Below are positions 15,101 through 27,426 of a stretch of 64,000 nucleotides of DNA, one piece after another. The stretch lies in NCBI RefSeq assembly GCF_009914755.1, contig NC_060925.1, one strand, 5' to 3'. The notes under the pieces are model-generated. The model searched no databases and was not told the origin of the DNA. It saw only the letters and a list, made by a program, of their open reading frames with translations. This stretch comes from the human T2T-CHM13v2.0 reference genome, Homo sapiens. The position numbers and the translations under genes are program-made. Each line of letters opens with the position of its first letter. Position 1 is the first letter of the stretch.

Positions 15101-15445
15101 CAATGAGTTCAGTGTGCAGGCACACAACTCTGCACATTATGTAACTACGCCATGCGGGGTGCATTATGTAACCACTCACATAAGCTCATGCTTGGTTCGG
15201 AGCCACTATTGTCTATAAAAGGTCTAATTACCCTGCTGATGCTGTACATGTGGTTTGTGCCTGGGTAGGCTTGCACCTAGGCTCACACCCATGCTTGCTC
15301 ACGCCCAGACTACGGCTTGCATCCAGGCTCACTTGTGCCCAGAGATAGAGTAAAGCCATGTCAAAACTGTCTACAACTCCTCAAGTGTTTTTCCAGCTAC
15401 CCGCCGCCCCACTGACTCCCCTCAGACCTCAATCAGAACCTAACA
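12118..15445 (+). mobile_element. Internally deleted HERV-S (HERVL18) provirus with two LTR18-type LTRs
   Basis: Two ~410-bp LTRs starting tgtaaggaaaatggatgtactgtggtcaagaatagg (12118-~12526, 15036-15445); exact 5-bp TSD cttgg (12113-12117, 15446-15450); PBS at 12529; purine tract before the 3' LTR; gag-like, RT-like (YMVDLDNAF; TVLLQDYVHSPTVCHG) and RNase H-like (YTDGSS; QSSQWAELRAV) remnants; no integrase or env seen. Confidence 0.9.
12529..12546 (+). promoter_or_regulatory. Retroviral primer-binding site complementary to the tRNA-Ser(CGA) 3' end
   Basis: tggcatcacaaacaggat vs expected TGGCGTCACGAACAGGAT (recalled); both mismatches are CpG-decay type. Confidence 0.75.
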
Positions 15446-15849
15446 CTTGGTAGACAATACTGTGACTGGGTATATTTTCTATAACACTGAGAACAAACAA
15501 AAACAATTAGCCATTTGCTTCAGGAAATATATATGCCTGGAATATAAAACTATAAAACTAGCTAAAATAATTTACTTACCAAGACAAATGGGCATCCCCT
15601 AGATTGACTTCAAAACCAGTCCACCATCATTATGTAATAAACTCATCCCATTTCCGTCTAGTTTCTCTCTTGCTAAACCTACCTTAAAGTCATCAAGCCC
15701 AGGTCTCAAAATCCTCCATCTTCTTCTGCCTTCACTACTAAGGCTTTGTTGAGGCCGTTTTATCTTTTACTGCAGGAAGTCTAGCAGGTTTAGCTTTGCT
15801 TGATCTACAGGTTTTTCCTGTTGACATTTAGGGCACTGATGATTGGCAA

Positions 15850-16170
15850 CCCATGTCCACTTTTGATAATACTCAGCTGATGCATCATTTCCTTTGGTAA
15901 GCCTGAGGTGTCCTTTTAATTCCTTGCCCAGGTACAGTTAATGCTTCCCTCCTGTGCCCCTATACCTCCTTGTACATACTTCCCATATTCTATCAGAGTT
16001 TAATCCTGCTGTTATATTTTTTTGCCTTTCCTCTTAGGCTGGGAGTCTCAAAGGTTAGTGACTGTGACTTTCATCATTATATGTTGTTAGCACTGCCTTG
16101 TACAGAAAGCAGGTGCCCAATTGATATTGAATTGTTGACTGCTGTATTGAATAAATGAATAAATGAACAG
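15850..16170 (+). mobile_element. L2 3' end fragment
   Basis: ttagcactgccttgtacagaaagcaggtgcccaattgatattgaattg...gaataaatgaataaatgaa. Confidence 0.6.
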
Positions 16171-16364
16171 CCAGGTGCAGGTAGAGAGATGTACAATAAA
16201 GAGATCAGACAGATGGTAATTGCCATAGATTATCAATGAGGTAATGACAGCTGTAAGTAGAAATGAATAACTTCTCCCAAGGTGAATCAAATCAGGAGAG
16301 TCTGAGAACCACTGGGAAAATTCCAAGAACCAACTGAAGAAAAAAACTAGCCTTATATTTCCAT

Positions 16365-16640
16365 CAGTGGTTTTCAATCTCGGCTGCACATTAAAATCAG
16401 CAAGGGTGTTAAAAAAATCCAACACCCTTTCCTGGCACCACCCTCATCCCAACATTCATTCTTTCTTTTAAAAAATGTTTATTTTATCATTAATATTATT
16501 TTGTTTGACAAATCATAATTGTATACATTTCACCCCACCATTCTGATTTCATTTGCTCTGTTGTGGAATAGGGTATTGAAATATTTTAAATGTGCTCCTG
16601 AAACCTCTAAGGATCAGTCAAGGTTGAAAATCACTGGTTC
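16365..16640. mobile_element. MER5-like MITE interrupted by a short L1 fragment
   Basis: cagtggttttcaatctcggctgcacattaaaatca...aggttgaaaatcactg terminal inverted repeats. Confidence 0.65.
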
Positions 16641-17814
16641 AAGTGCTACTTCTTCTGTTGCTGTTTCTTTGACATCTGCAGTGATTCTCCAGGAGGTATC
16701 ATTAGCAAGAGGACACATGAGATTCTCCTGCCACAGAAGCTTAGTGGAATTATCTATTGGAAATATGGTGTGATGGTGGGTCAGGTAGTTTAAAAATATA
16801 TTAAGTATAATCAACTTTTTTTTAAATTTGGAAAACAAAAAATTATATTTTTAGTGTAACTCAAGTTACAAAAAGTAAATGCTGCTAGGAAAACCAAGCA
16901 TTGCAATTCTCAATGGAGGCAAGCTCCTTTGGGGTTTCCTAGAACTGTTTTTCTTTTCTTTTTTTTTTTCTTATGGGAGGAGCTAGAAATTTAAATGTTT
17001 ATCAAAAGCCGACATGTGTTTGTGATTGTAAAACACTGCTTTCACCCCTAGAACTAGAAAATTGTGTATATGCCCCTTCTCTCTGCTACCTTAGCGGCCT
17101 GTATGTACTTACTTTTATCATTGCACTTTTTACAACATATGGTGTGGAAAATTCTGCTTGGTTTTTCTCTTTCCTTGATTAATCTGTAGGCCCTTAAAGA
17201 GAAGATGGATTATAACCCTATCTCTTTATTCTCACATTTAGCAGCTAGGGGCACTCAACAGGGATTGACTGAAAGAACAAGGTCAAGTAAGGAATAAAAC
17301 ATCTATCACTGACTTGGCTAGGACACGAAGCAAATGAGGTCATAGATGTGAGTTCAGGCTGGAGCAGTACCAGATGGTTACTCTAAGATACTGTCCCATG
17401 ACCCTGCAGCTGCCCCTTCATCCTAACCAGCTGCTAGTGTGTATTGGTGCATCAGGGAAAAATGCTGCCATTATTAACAGCCCAAAGGATTAATTGGGAA
17501 GTGGTGGTTACTAGTACCATTGTGTATCAAGGCCAACCCCATTTGTTCCAACCCCATTTGTTCTTCTCCTCTACAAATTAGAGATGACATTACTTTTCAC
17601 AGGGTAGTTGTGAGGGTTGAATGAATGAGTGTGTAAGAAAATATCTAAAGTAAAAATAGGAAAGGTTCCCATTACTGTCCCTTGAAAGAGAGCAAGTTCA
17701 CCACAATATTGACATTTGGGCAGAAATATTTAAAAAACATTCAAGAATTGAAAGGGTTGTTGGATTTGATGGACTTTAAGGCTCCATCCCACCCTGAGAT
17801 TCTACTTAATTTTT

Positions 17815-18040
17815 TGAAAAATTTTAAAAATAAATTTGTAACTTTATAAATGATGCATAGTAATGTACATATTTATGGGGTACAGTGTGATGTTTCAATG
17901 CATGTAAACATTGTATAATAATGAAATAGGAATAATTAACATAGCCATCATTTTAAACACTTATCATTTCTTTGTGGTGACAACAATCAAAATCATCTTT
18001 TCTAGCTCTCTTGAAATATACACTACTACATGGTTATTTG
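17815..18040 (-). mobile_element. L1MA-type 3' terminal fragment
   Basis: gtacatatttatggggtacagtgtgatgtttcaatgcatgtaaacattgtataata...ttatcatttctttgtggtgaca. Confidence 0.7.
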
Positions 18041-18541
18041 CTATTACTTTACTCTTATTTCAAAGATAAAGATGCTAAAATACAGAAAGATAAAGAGATT
18101 TGCTAATTCTCTCATGGTCATCCCTTACTCATCTTTTTGGGATTCAGCTAATACATCATTTATTCAAAGAGGATTTTTGAGACATCTATTTCCCTATTCC
18201 ATGTTATCTCTCACAGCAGAGAGCTGTTATTGCAAGCTGTAACTCTGTATTTATTAATATGTTTATTTGTTCAATGTCTGTATCACACACTAGACTACAA
18301 AGTACATAAGAATAGAAATACAGAAATCAAGTCATTTTTCCCCAAAGAAGGATCTCAAACATTTGTTAAATGAATGAACATCAAAATAATTAACTAATTA
18401 ATTTTAATGTATTTACTCATACCAATGTTTAAAAAGGATTAGAAGTGGATAAAGGGCAATGTATAATTAATTAACTCATTCATTTATTATGAAGATTATT
18501 TTTATTGAAACAATTAACCATTAGAAAGCTTTCGCATCTGC

Positions 18542-18576
18542 ATCACTTCTTGGCCTTTTGGCTAAGATCAAGTGTA
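18542..18576 (+). pseudogene. U2 snRNA 3'-truncated pseudogene (nt 1-35)
   Basis: atcacttcttggccttttggctaagatcaagtgta vs U2 ATCGCTTCTCGGCCTTTTGGCTAAGATCAAGTGTA (2 CpG transitions); degenerate ~16-bp TSD aaagctttcgcatctg / aaaattttcacatgtg. Confidence 0.9.
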
Positions 18577-18746
18577 AAATTTTCACATGTGGCTAATTGT
18601 TTTATTCCACTACATCTATCATTATTTTGGCAACTTCGATATCAGTGAAAATGGTCAGTTCAACACTCTGGCCTCTGAGGTCCGTGACTTCCTTAGTTCT
18701 TTTGTTCTATCCCACTTGAGCTACCCGCAATGGACTTATTCCAGAC

Positions 18747-18950
18747 CAGTGTTTTTCAGGCTCCAGATTGGGACCTATTAGTGGGTCTTAATAATTTAGC
18801 AACAACATTTTAAATAAGAATGGATCAGAATTAAACATATCAGGTATCAGAGTGCATTTAAGTGTAAGTATTGTTTTGTGAACGCTTGTGTATGTACATT
18901 AAATGTCTATGTAAAATTCCTTTCTGAGGATTGTGATCTAAAAGTTTGTT
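18747..18950. mobile_element. MER103-like hAT-Charlie element
   Basis: cagtgtttttcaggctccagattgggacctattagtgggtc...gtattgttttgtgaac. Confidence 0.5.
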
Positions 18951-18959
18951 AAATATGAC

Positions 18960-19700
18960 TTAATAACTTAATCAGCTCTGAAATCTCAATTTTAATTTAC
19001 TCATTTCTTCACTGCCCCTTCCCCTTGGAGCTCCCTTACTCCAATAGGTCCATTTGAACACTTTATTACTCCATGAAGAACTCACTGATCTCAACACTTT
19101 TTAGTTTTCAGTTGTTCCTCCTTCCTACTTTTCTGCTCTCCAAAGTCTGTCACAATCATTATAATTGACTGTAGCTGTTTGTTGCTCTTTCCTTCCGTTT
19201 CACTTGACTGACAAAACAAATTCTCTGCTCACTGCATACTGTTTCTAATCAGCCTGGAAAATGGCTGCAGTTACGGAGGCATACATTTGCCAATTGATCT
19301 CACTTTGAGTCTATGACAACAAATCTCAAGTGGGGCCTCAGAACTATCCAGCCATCTCCTCAGAGTTCCCTAACAAGTTTGCTTTCCATCTCTGAAGTGC
19401 TTTCACACCTTACTTCTCCATTAACTCCCCAATATCAGTTATGCATTTTCTACTCCCCTGTGGTGAACTCATGAATTTCTTGAGGAAATAACCACCATAA
19501 TACAACTAGTTTATCTCTCCACTACTGAATTTTCACTGTAACCTCCTTCCTATACATATGCTCCTCTTTTTCTCTCACGACACTGAACCTCTTCTACCAT
19601 AACCTAAAGCCAAACCTTCCACTTGCCACCTGATGTGTCCCCCATACATTTCCCACACTGGCTCTTCATATCCCTTTTTCTCAATCGCAAACAGATTGTA
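18960..19700 (+). mobile_element. Degenerate L2 body
   Basis: Pyrimidine-rich L2-like tracts (acaaatctcaagtggggcctca; cctaaagccaaaccttccacttg). Confidence 0.55.
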
Positions 19701-22310
19701 ACACTCTAGCTGGGCCAATACTGTTTATTTGTTTGTTTGTTGTCTGTTTTAGTTTATTTTGCTTTCTGTCTTGCTGAGTATGATAGCAAGGGGATTGAGT
19801 AAGCTGGAGAAGAATGGGTGGTGCTCTATGTACATCACAATATGTTGCTGTGGGCAGCTGGGGTAACCCAGTGTCACTCTGTGCCCATGGAGTCTCCATA
19901 AAGGGAAAAACAGATAGGAAAGAAGAGAGGGAGGATATGAATACACCTTTGCTTCTCAAATGTTCTGAAAGCTGGCCCTTCATCTATATTATAATTAGAT
20001 AACATGCTTTCCTGCTGAAATTATCAAGCATTTGTGGGAAAGTATAACACTATTCTTCTCCTTGTCCCTACAGGCACCATTGTCTCTTTAAAATAAGATC
20101 TGTACTTCTCCTCCTTTCCACAGTTATTATCCTGATGTAGGAGGCAGAAGGAGTTTAAAGGTCTTTTCTCATTGGGACCTTGAAGTACTCATTTGTAGAA
20201 TTTATGGGAAAGGAGATTCTCTGTTTTCAGTCTGTTCTGATGCATGTATTTCCATTTCCTGACCTTTCAAAAGTGACCTTTCAGAAGCAATAATTGTCGG
20301 GAATGGGAAGTATTATGGATAAAAACTTTTTACCATATTCTGCCTCAAAATTAACCTCGCAGTCATCCCTCAAAAGACTCTTCTTATGACAGGTTTAGCC
20401 ATCGAGGGGAATTATGGCTGCCAGAATTCCTTGTAAAGCATTACTTAGAAGGGTCTGTGTTCTATCTCATCTCCTCTAGTATGTGTTAATGATATTTTAG
20501 GTTCACATTTTAAAATCTTTTAAAGTGTCTTCTCATCTATGATTGCCTTTCATTCTGAAAATGACTTTATGAGTCATATCAGGAGGATAACAGATTGAAA
20601 GAGGTTAAGTTATTGGAATTACTTGGCATACTTGCGGGCAGCTTTCTAATTAGAGCAGAACCTGGTGGTAGAACACAAATCTTTTAACTTCTATTTCTGA
20701 GTACTCTTTATTATGTAGTTACATTAATGTATTATGCAAGGATCCATCAATGTGCATCTTCTGTCTTTTTAAAGGACTCCTCAGTTTTATCCTACAGATT
20801 TGATTCACCTGGGGGTGAGGAGCCAAGGGATACATGTTTTAAAAATCTCTCAGATAATTTTGATTTAGAGCAAGTTTGGTAACTATTGCTGCAATAGTCA
20901 ATGGCCCCTTTTCCTGAGGGAAGCACAATTTACAGACTGTTCTAAGTGTTCATACATTCTTCTTACTCTCTTAACTCTGAATTTTTTTCTGCCCTTCATT
21001 GAAAAGTCACCATGATGTTCTTCTTTATAGCTAATATTTAATAGAAGCCACAGGACTTCAACTGCTGACTCAAGCACTATCAGCACATAAAGGTTTACTG
21101 TATTAGTGTGTTTTAATAGTTGATCGATATAGAACAGTATTATGGGGAAAAACACAGGAAAACATATAATGACATAATTGGGTTATTAAACATGAGAAAT
21201 TATTTTCCTGAGACTCAGCAAATTTACTTTATTGATATTATGTTTTATATATTGAATATTTGGAAAATGGAAGTCTTTAACCTGTCTTATTTATATATCT
21301 TGGAGTTGGCCAAATGTTTGGTGGAGTAGAATCAGAAAAAAGAGACCTTATGTGCCAGCTCAAATGCCTGTTTCTCTGAGCAACTATCCTTCTTTCTTCT
21401 GATACCTTAGCTGCTCTTTCCTCTGTGTTCAGAATACTTTCTTCTTGCTTCATTATAGAACTTACCATTTGTCCTGTAAACTGTTCACATTTTTAACACC
21501 TCCACAGGACTGCAAACACCTCAAAGGCAGAAAATCTGAGGTATTCATTTTTGTATTCTCTGTACATCCTAGTTCAGCTCATTCAGACATTCATTAAATA
21601 AATATTTCATAACTCTTTTGGTAGGCATTTTTACTGACTCACTAACATCTACTTCACTGCAGATGATCAATATAAGTTGGTCATAGTAATTCCATCCTTC
21701 CTTGACAGATTGATTCACAAACTGGCCTGTCTTAGCCAATATAAGGTAACATGAGGAAGAGGCTTCTTTAAGGTTTCTGGAAAGAACCAGAGTGGATATG
21801 AACAAGGAATCATGTTGACTCAGTTTTTGTGGGCAAACATCTATGGCCCTAAGAAGAACAGCTTTAAGACAAAAGAGTATGTGGTTAGACAGATGCTGTT
21901 GACTGGTCGAGTGAGGAAGAGGGTCCAGGAGTATTTCCTAATGAGAGGCTACAATATATGAAGACTAGGAAGTAATGAAGACATTGCAGGGGGTTAAGGA
22001 GCTAAAACAGGTTCAGTAGGGCTACAGTGAAGGGAGGAAAGCTGAGTGGCAGACCTGGTCCAAAACAGTGCAGAAGACAGGGGATCTTATAAGGCATGTT
22101 AAGATGTGTCTGATGTACCTTTAAAAAGAAAACATTTGTTGAATCATCTTGTCTGATTCTCTCACTCTAATTTTGTGAAAAGAACTAAGCACTCAAGAGA
22201 TTAGGTAACCTACTATGTAGGTCATGTCTCAAATTCATGGTAGAGCTGGGACTAGAATATAGATCAAGTTTATGATCAAGTGCTCACTTCCTTATGCTAT
22301 TTGGTCTAAT

Positions 22311-22470
22311 GTAGTGGTTCTCAATCTTGCCTATATATTAGAATCATCTGAGAGTTTTAAAAAACTATAGAGCTCACTCATGATATTTGATTAAATTGGT
22401 TTGGGATAAAGACTAGGCATGAATGTATTTTAAAAGCTTCCTAGGAGATTCTAATGTACAGCTAGGGGGA
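22311..22470. mobile_element. MER5-like MITE
   Basis: tagtggttctcaatcttgcctatatattagaatcatctgagag...ggagattctaatgtacagc. Confidence 0.65.
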
Positions 22471-22475
22471 AGTCC

Positions 22476-22836
22476 TGCTATGATTTGAATGTTCATTCCC
22501 TCCAAAAGTCATGTTGAAATGTAATTGCCACTGTAAGAATATTAAGAGGTGGCAACTTTAAGAGGTGATTAGGCCATAAGGGCTCTGTCATGAATAGATT
22601 GTCACTGTCACAGAGTGGGTCCCTTATAAAACAACAAGTTCAGCCTCCTTTTGCTTCTCTCTCTTGCCCTCTCTTTGTCCTGCTCTGGGGTGATGCAGCA
22701 AGATGGCCCTTGCAAGGTGCCAGCCCCCAGTCTCGAATTTTCCAGCCTCTAGAATCATGAACCAATAAATTTCTGTTCATTATAACTTACCTAGTTTCAG
22801 ATATTCTGTAGTAGCAGTACAAAATGGACTCAGACA
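22476..22836 (+). mobile_element. MaLR solo LTR (MSTC-like)
   Basis: tgctatgatttgaatgttcattccctccaaaagtcatgttgaaatg...gtagcagtacaaaatggactcagaca. Confidence 0.85.
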
Positions 22837-23512
22837 ACCCAGTATCACTCTGTGCCCACTCCTTGTCTAAATTATAGGGCTTTTTTATATAATATTGAGT
22901 GTAGCTAATACATATTCTTTTAAAAAATATTTCTAAAACAGAAAAAAGAATTCTTGCTATGAGTCTTGAGTTTTGCAATTTCCTTTAGGGCACTCTGTCA
23001 TAATGTAGTCATGCAAATGGAAGAGCCTTGATCTCTAGGAATTTAGAGGGTTAGGAGCAGTTTTTCAGCTATAGGTGATGATGATGCTCTCCAGGTAATT
23101 CTCCTGGATCTCTCTCCCCTATGTCATTCCAAGTTGGGAATCACTGCTGTAGTGCACATAAAGAAGAGGAGTTTGTTTCTGAAATGGTGGCTGACTTAAT
23201 ATGTCTGTAAATCTGTCTTATCAATCATTATTACAGGAAGAAAACCACCAGCTCAGTGTCAGTATATGAGGCTAAAGAGACAGATATCTATGGGGATGAT
23301 TTATCTTCATACAAAATCACCAACCACGACTGCAGACTGAATTTCTAACCTCAGTCTGTCATCTTGCCTATGTGTCCCATCATAGGATGAACCAAAAGTT
23401 AATGGAATGCCTATTATGTCCAACTCCACCTCTACCCTCACTGTTGTTTACCAAAGTAGAATTCAACATTACTATCTTACTCAACCTGATAATCCAGATA
23501 GAGTTGGCACAT

Positions 23513-23700
23513 CACACACCAGGGCCTGTCGTGGGATGAGGGGAGGGGGGAGGTATAGCATTAGGATAAATACCTAATGTAAATGAAGAGTTAATGGGTG
23601 CAGCAAATCAACATGGCACATATATACATAGTATACATATGTAACAAACCTGCATGTTGTGCACATGTACCCTAGAACTTAAAGTACATAAAAAAAAAAA
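23513..23700 (+). mobile_element. 5'-truncated L1PA 3' end with poly(A)
   Basis: cacacaccagggcctgtcgtggg...atgtaccctagaacttaaagtacataaaaaaaaaaa; 13-bp TSD agagttggcacat. Confidence 0.95.
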
Positions 23701-24179
23701 GAGTTGGCACATATTTGCCACTTTTGTAATAGACAAAAATGGTGCCTAGAAACAAGTTCAGAATTTGTATATACCTATAAATATAGGAGTACTAACTTCA
23801 CATATGAAGCCCTGGAAATATGAAAGCGTTGGTCCATGTATTTGCTTCCAGTATTATTTGAAAGTAATGTTCATTTATCTACTTTTCTTCCTCCTTCCTT
23901 TTCTCCGTTGCTTCTCTCTTCCTCCTTCCTTTACTTCATCCCTTTTAAATTTTATGTTTACTTTTAAAAATCATGTTTGTATCTCTCAGGTATATCATCC
24001 TTTTTGTCATGCTCCCTTTCTAGTTTCCAGAGCTTTAATCTGGAATGCAAAATCTTCCCTTCTCTCTGTTATATAATTATCCTGAGATTATTCTTGTGCA
24101 ATAGTCAAAAGTCCTGTTAGCTGTACAAGAATTTCAAATAATATTGCTTTACTTCAGTTGTGATTTCAGATTCCTTTGA

Positions 24180-24541
<362 letters not shown>

Positions 24542-26099
24542 CACTTCACTTTTCTTGAAGGGATGATTACCCTAAGATTCAGGTCCATGGTCTTGAATTG
24601 GCATAGGAAGTACCTTTTTCCTGAGATAAAAAGATGCAAGAAGGACGTTTTGGTTTCCAAAGCAGGCTTGGCAGGTCTCTGAGAGAGTAGATAGAAGAGG
24701 AAGAGTTAAATCAAGAAAATTGTATGTGATTTTATGGCCCTTTAGTTTTCCAGGGTAATTAGAAAGAAGACAAGAATCAGTGTATTTTGCAAGAAATACA
24801 TAGGATAATGGCAGTATGATGTTTTCAACCTGTCTCAAAGGTGTACACGTAAAAATCATTTTTAAAATTTCAAATAAACCCCTCCTTCTAGTACAGCATT
24901 ACAATATCTTTTCCTTTCTCTAGACACAATACTACTGCTACCTATAATTTTTGTCAGTGGTTTAGATAGAACATTTTAGGAGAGATAGGGTAAATCAATT
25001 TGACATATCAAATTTCACTCTTTGTCTTGGGGTGGGGGCCCCCCTTCATGCTTATGGGATCCTGCAATCTTCCACTCATCAACAGCAGTGGCCCCCAGGG
25101 AGTTGAAAAACACACAAAGTCAAAGTTATAAAAATTGCGGTTTATGTGAAAAAGTTACCATGTCTAAAACACATACACAAATCAAATAGCCACATGTATA
25201 CATTCATTTGGAGATAATTCCAAAAGTTTAAACTTGAGGCCTCTTATACATGTGAGGCTCAGAGACAGAGCCTCTTATAGCATTCCCCTCATAATAGATT
25301 ATTTCCTAAAGCATTGAAGGATCAGGATTTTACTCCACACATTGGCACTTGGATCTTTTACCCATGTTTGGATGCATACTAAGATGAGATATTATACATG
25401 TCACCTAAAAAAAGGTGAAAACTGTTCTAGGATGATAGATGTGAAGGTGGCTACGCTTGAGCCATAGGCCAATGTAAACTGACTGTACAGGTGAAATAAT
25501 TGTCATCTTGGGATAGCCCTGATTCCAGAGGTCTGATGTTTAAGTCAGAATCCAATAATCTATCAGTCAGATTGAAACCATCTAAATTATTTGACATAAC
25601 TATCAGTAGTGTTTTGTATCTTTTATATTTGTGTTTTCCAAAACATTTCACAATTTATTAGACAGATTATCATGGTTTTTATTAGATTTTTAGATATCAA
25701 GGAGAAAAGAAGAAGTTAAAATTCTTGAGAAAGGTATAATTTTGGACTGTGTCAAAATCTGGCATGCCTCTCTTTTTTTTTTTGCTTGACTTGAAATAAT
25801 TTTCAGGACACCAAGGGACAAGTAAAGATTGTTCTACTGTCTTTTTCATGTCCAATAAAACATTAAACAGTATTTAGATATCATCTGCACTACTTCTCAG
25901 CCCTCTGTAGTAAGCTTTCTCTAGCTAATACCTGAGAAATTTTAGAATATCCAATATGAAGGGGCAGATAGATATGAATTGGCCTGCAACCCATTATCAT
26001 GCTTGACTGAACAATGCTTCAAAGGGGATCTGGGGAGTGTTGTATTTTTTCCAAAACTTTCTTGGTAGCTGAAATGCATAGCCATTATCTCTGTTGTGG

Positions 26100-26650
26100 G
26101 CAGTGAGTACTAATTTTCCTTGTCTTTGTTTCTTCCCTCTTTCCTTTAGTTATGGATTCTCCCCAGCCAAGTTTGCAGTGGAGCTAAACACTATTTCTCA
26201 AGCTCTCCTTTATCTACATGTGGCCATGTGACCATGTGTGGCCAATAGGATGTGAGAGTGGAACTTCCACATCATGTTCTTAAAGAAGGCACTTTTCTTC
26301 TACTTCTCTTTCTCCATTTCCATGGGCTGAAACACAGAGAGGGATGGTGGGGAGCCAGCCATGTCCATGCAGGTGAGGGAAATAACCTACAAGAACCTAT
26401 AACAACAATAAACGGAATGAACAAAAAGAAAGAATGAACCTGAACCTGAAAATAAAAGAACCTGAGTCACGAATGGCTTTGAAAGCAGAAGTCCCATCTT
26501 AGATAGATAAATAGAAAGATTGATAATGACGACAATATTGTATCTTGGATCATCTACCAATCTGTGAATTATTCTAAGAAAGAAACATTCCTACTTGTTT
26601 TTGTGTTACTATATTTTTGGATCTCTGTTGCTGCAGTTTAGCAGTCACAA
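26100..26650 (+). mobile_element. Old MaLR LTR (MLT1J/K-like)
   Basis: gtggccatgtgaccatgtgtggccaataggatgtgagagtggaa; 3' end tatttttggatctctgttgctgcag. Confidence 0.55.
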
Positions 26651-26886
26651 AACTAACATAAATATAATTGCAATTTCTTTTCCTCATCTGAGACCCAAGG
26701 GAACAGATTTCTTCCCATGCACCTTTCTTACTCTAATAGAAACATTAAAATGGTGAGCGAGTATAATTGTGGACATGAAATCTAATGAAATTTTGTAGTA
26801 TTGTGTGTTCCCATATCTTCCTTTACTTTTTTTTGCAATATGTATAGATATACTCCTTTTGGGAAAATATATTCAGAGTAAGAGAG

Positions 26887-27426
26887 TGAATCCACAAACA
26901 GAAAATGGCCAGGCCATTTATAAAAATAGAGCTCTTACCCACAACCTGTAGCATCTACCCAAGAAACCAACCCCCTTCTCTACAATAAACAGTCCTGGAA
27001 GCCAGCCTGCAATGAACCAGCCTTGTAGGAAGCCAGATTGCTATCTCTAGTAACAATTCAGGAACCTAAACAATAACTTTTGTAATAATTGGCCTAAATT
27101 GGCCAGGACCTGATAATTAACTGACAGCTTTTAAAATTTGTGTCCCTACTTTCAATTTAGGACCAACCAGAGAAACCCAAGTATTCAACCCTGGCCAATC
27201 ATATAGGATGCCTGTTTCTACTTAGCCTACCTTCAGCTTCCCCACCAGCAGCCTTGGCATACCTAAGGTTTTCGATTTCTTCCACTATAAAGCTTTCCCG
27301 CTCCTCTGCTTGCTTGCCTTTGAGTCTTTGCCAAAACAAAAGTGATAGTTTTTGATTCCCTTGCTATAGCAAGCCCTGAATAAATAACCTCTTCTTGTTC
27401 TCACTGGGTTGGTCTTTATTACCACA
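26887..27426 (+). mobile_element. ERV1-class solo LTR (MER-type; subfamily not determined)
   Basis: TG...CA termini, CCAAT (ggccaatca), tataaa TATA box near 27286 and aataaa poly(A) signal near 27379 in LTR order. Confidence 0.65.

Noticed and set aside
15560-15850. Possible old ERV1 LTR fragment
   Set aside because: Too degenerate to define ends or family by eye.
25020-25110. GC-rich patch as a CTCF site or promoter
   Set aside because: Only a partial motif match and almost no CpG.
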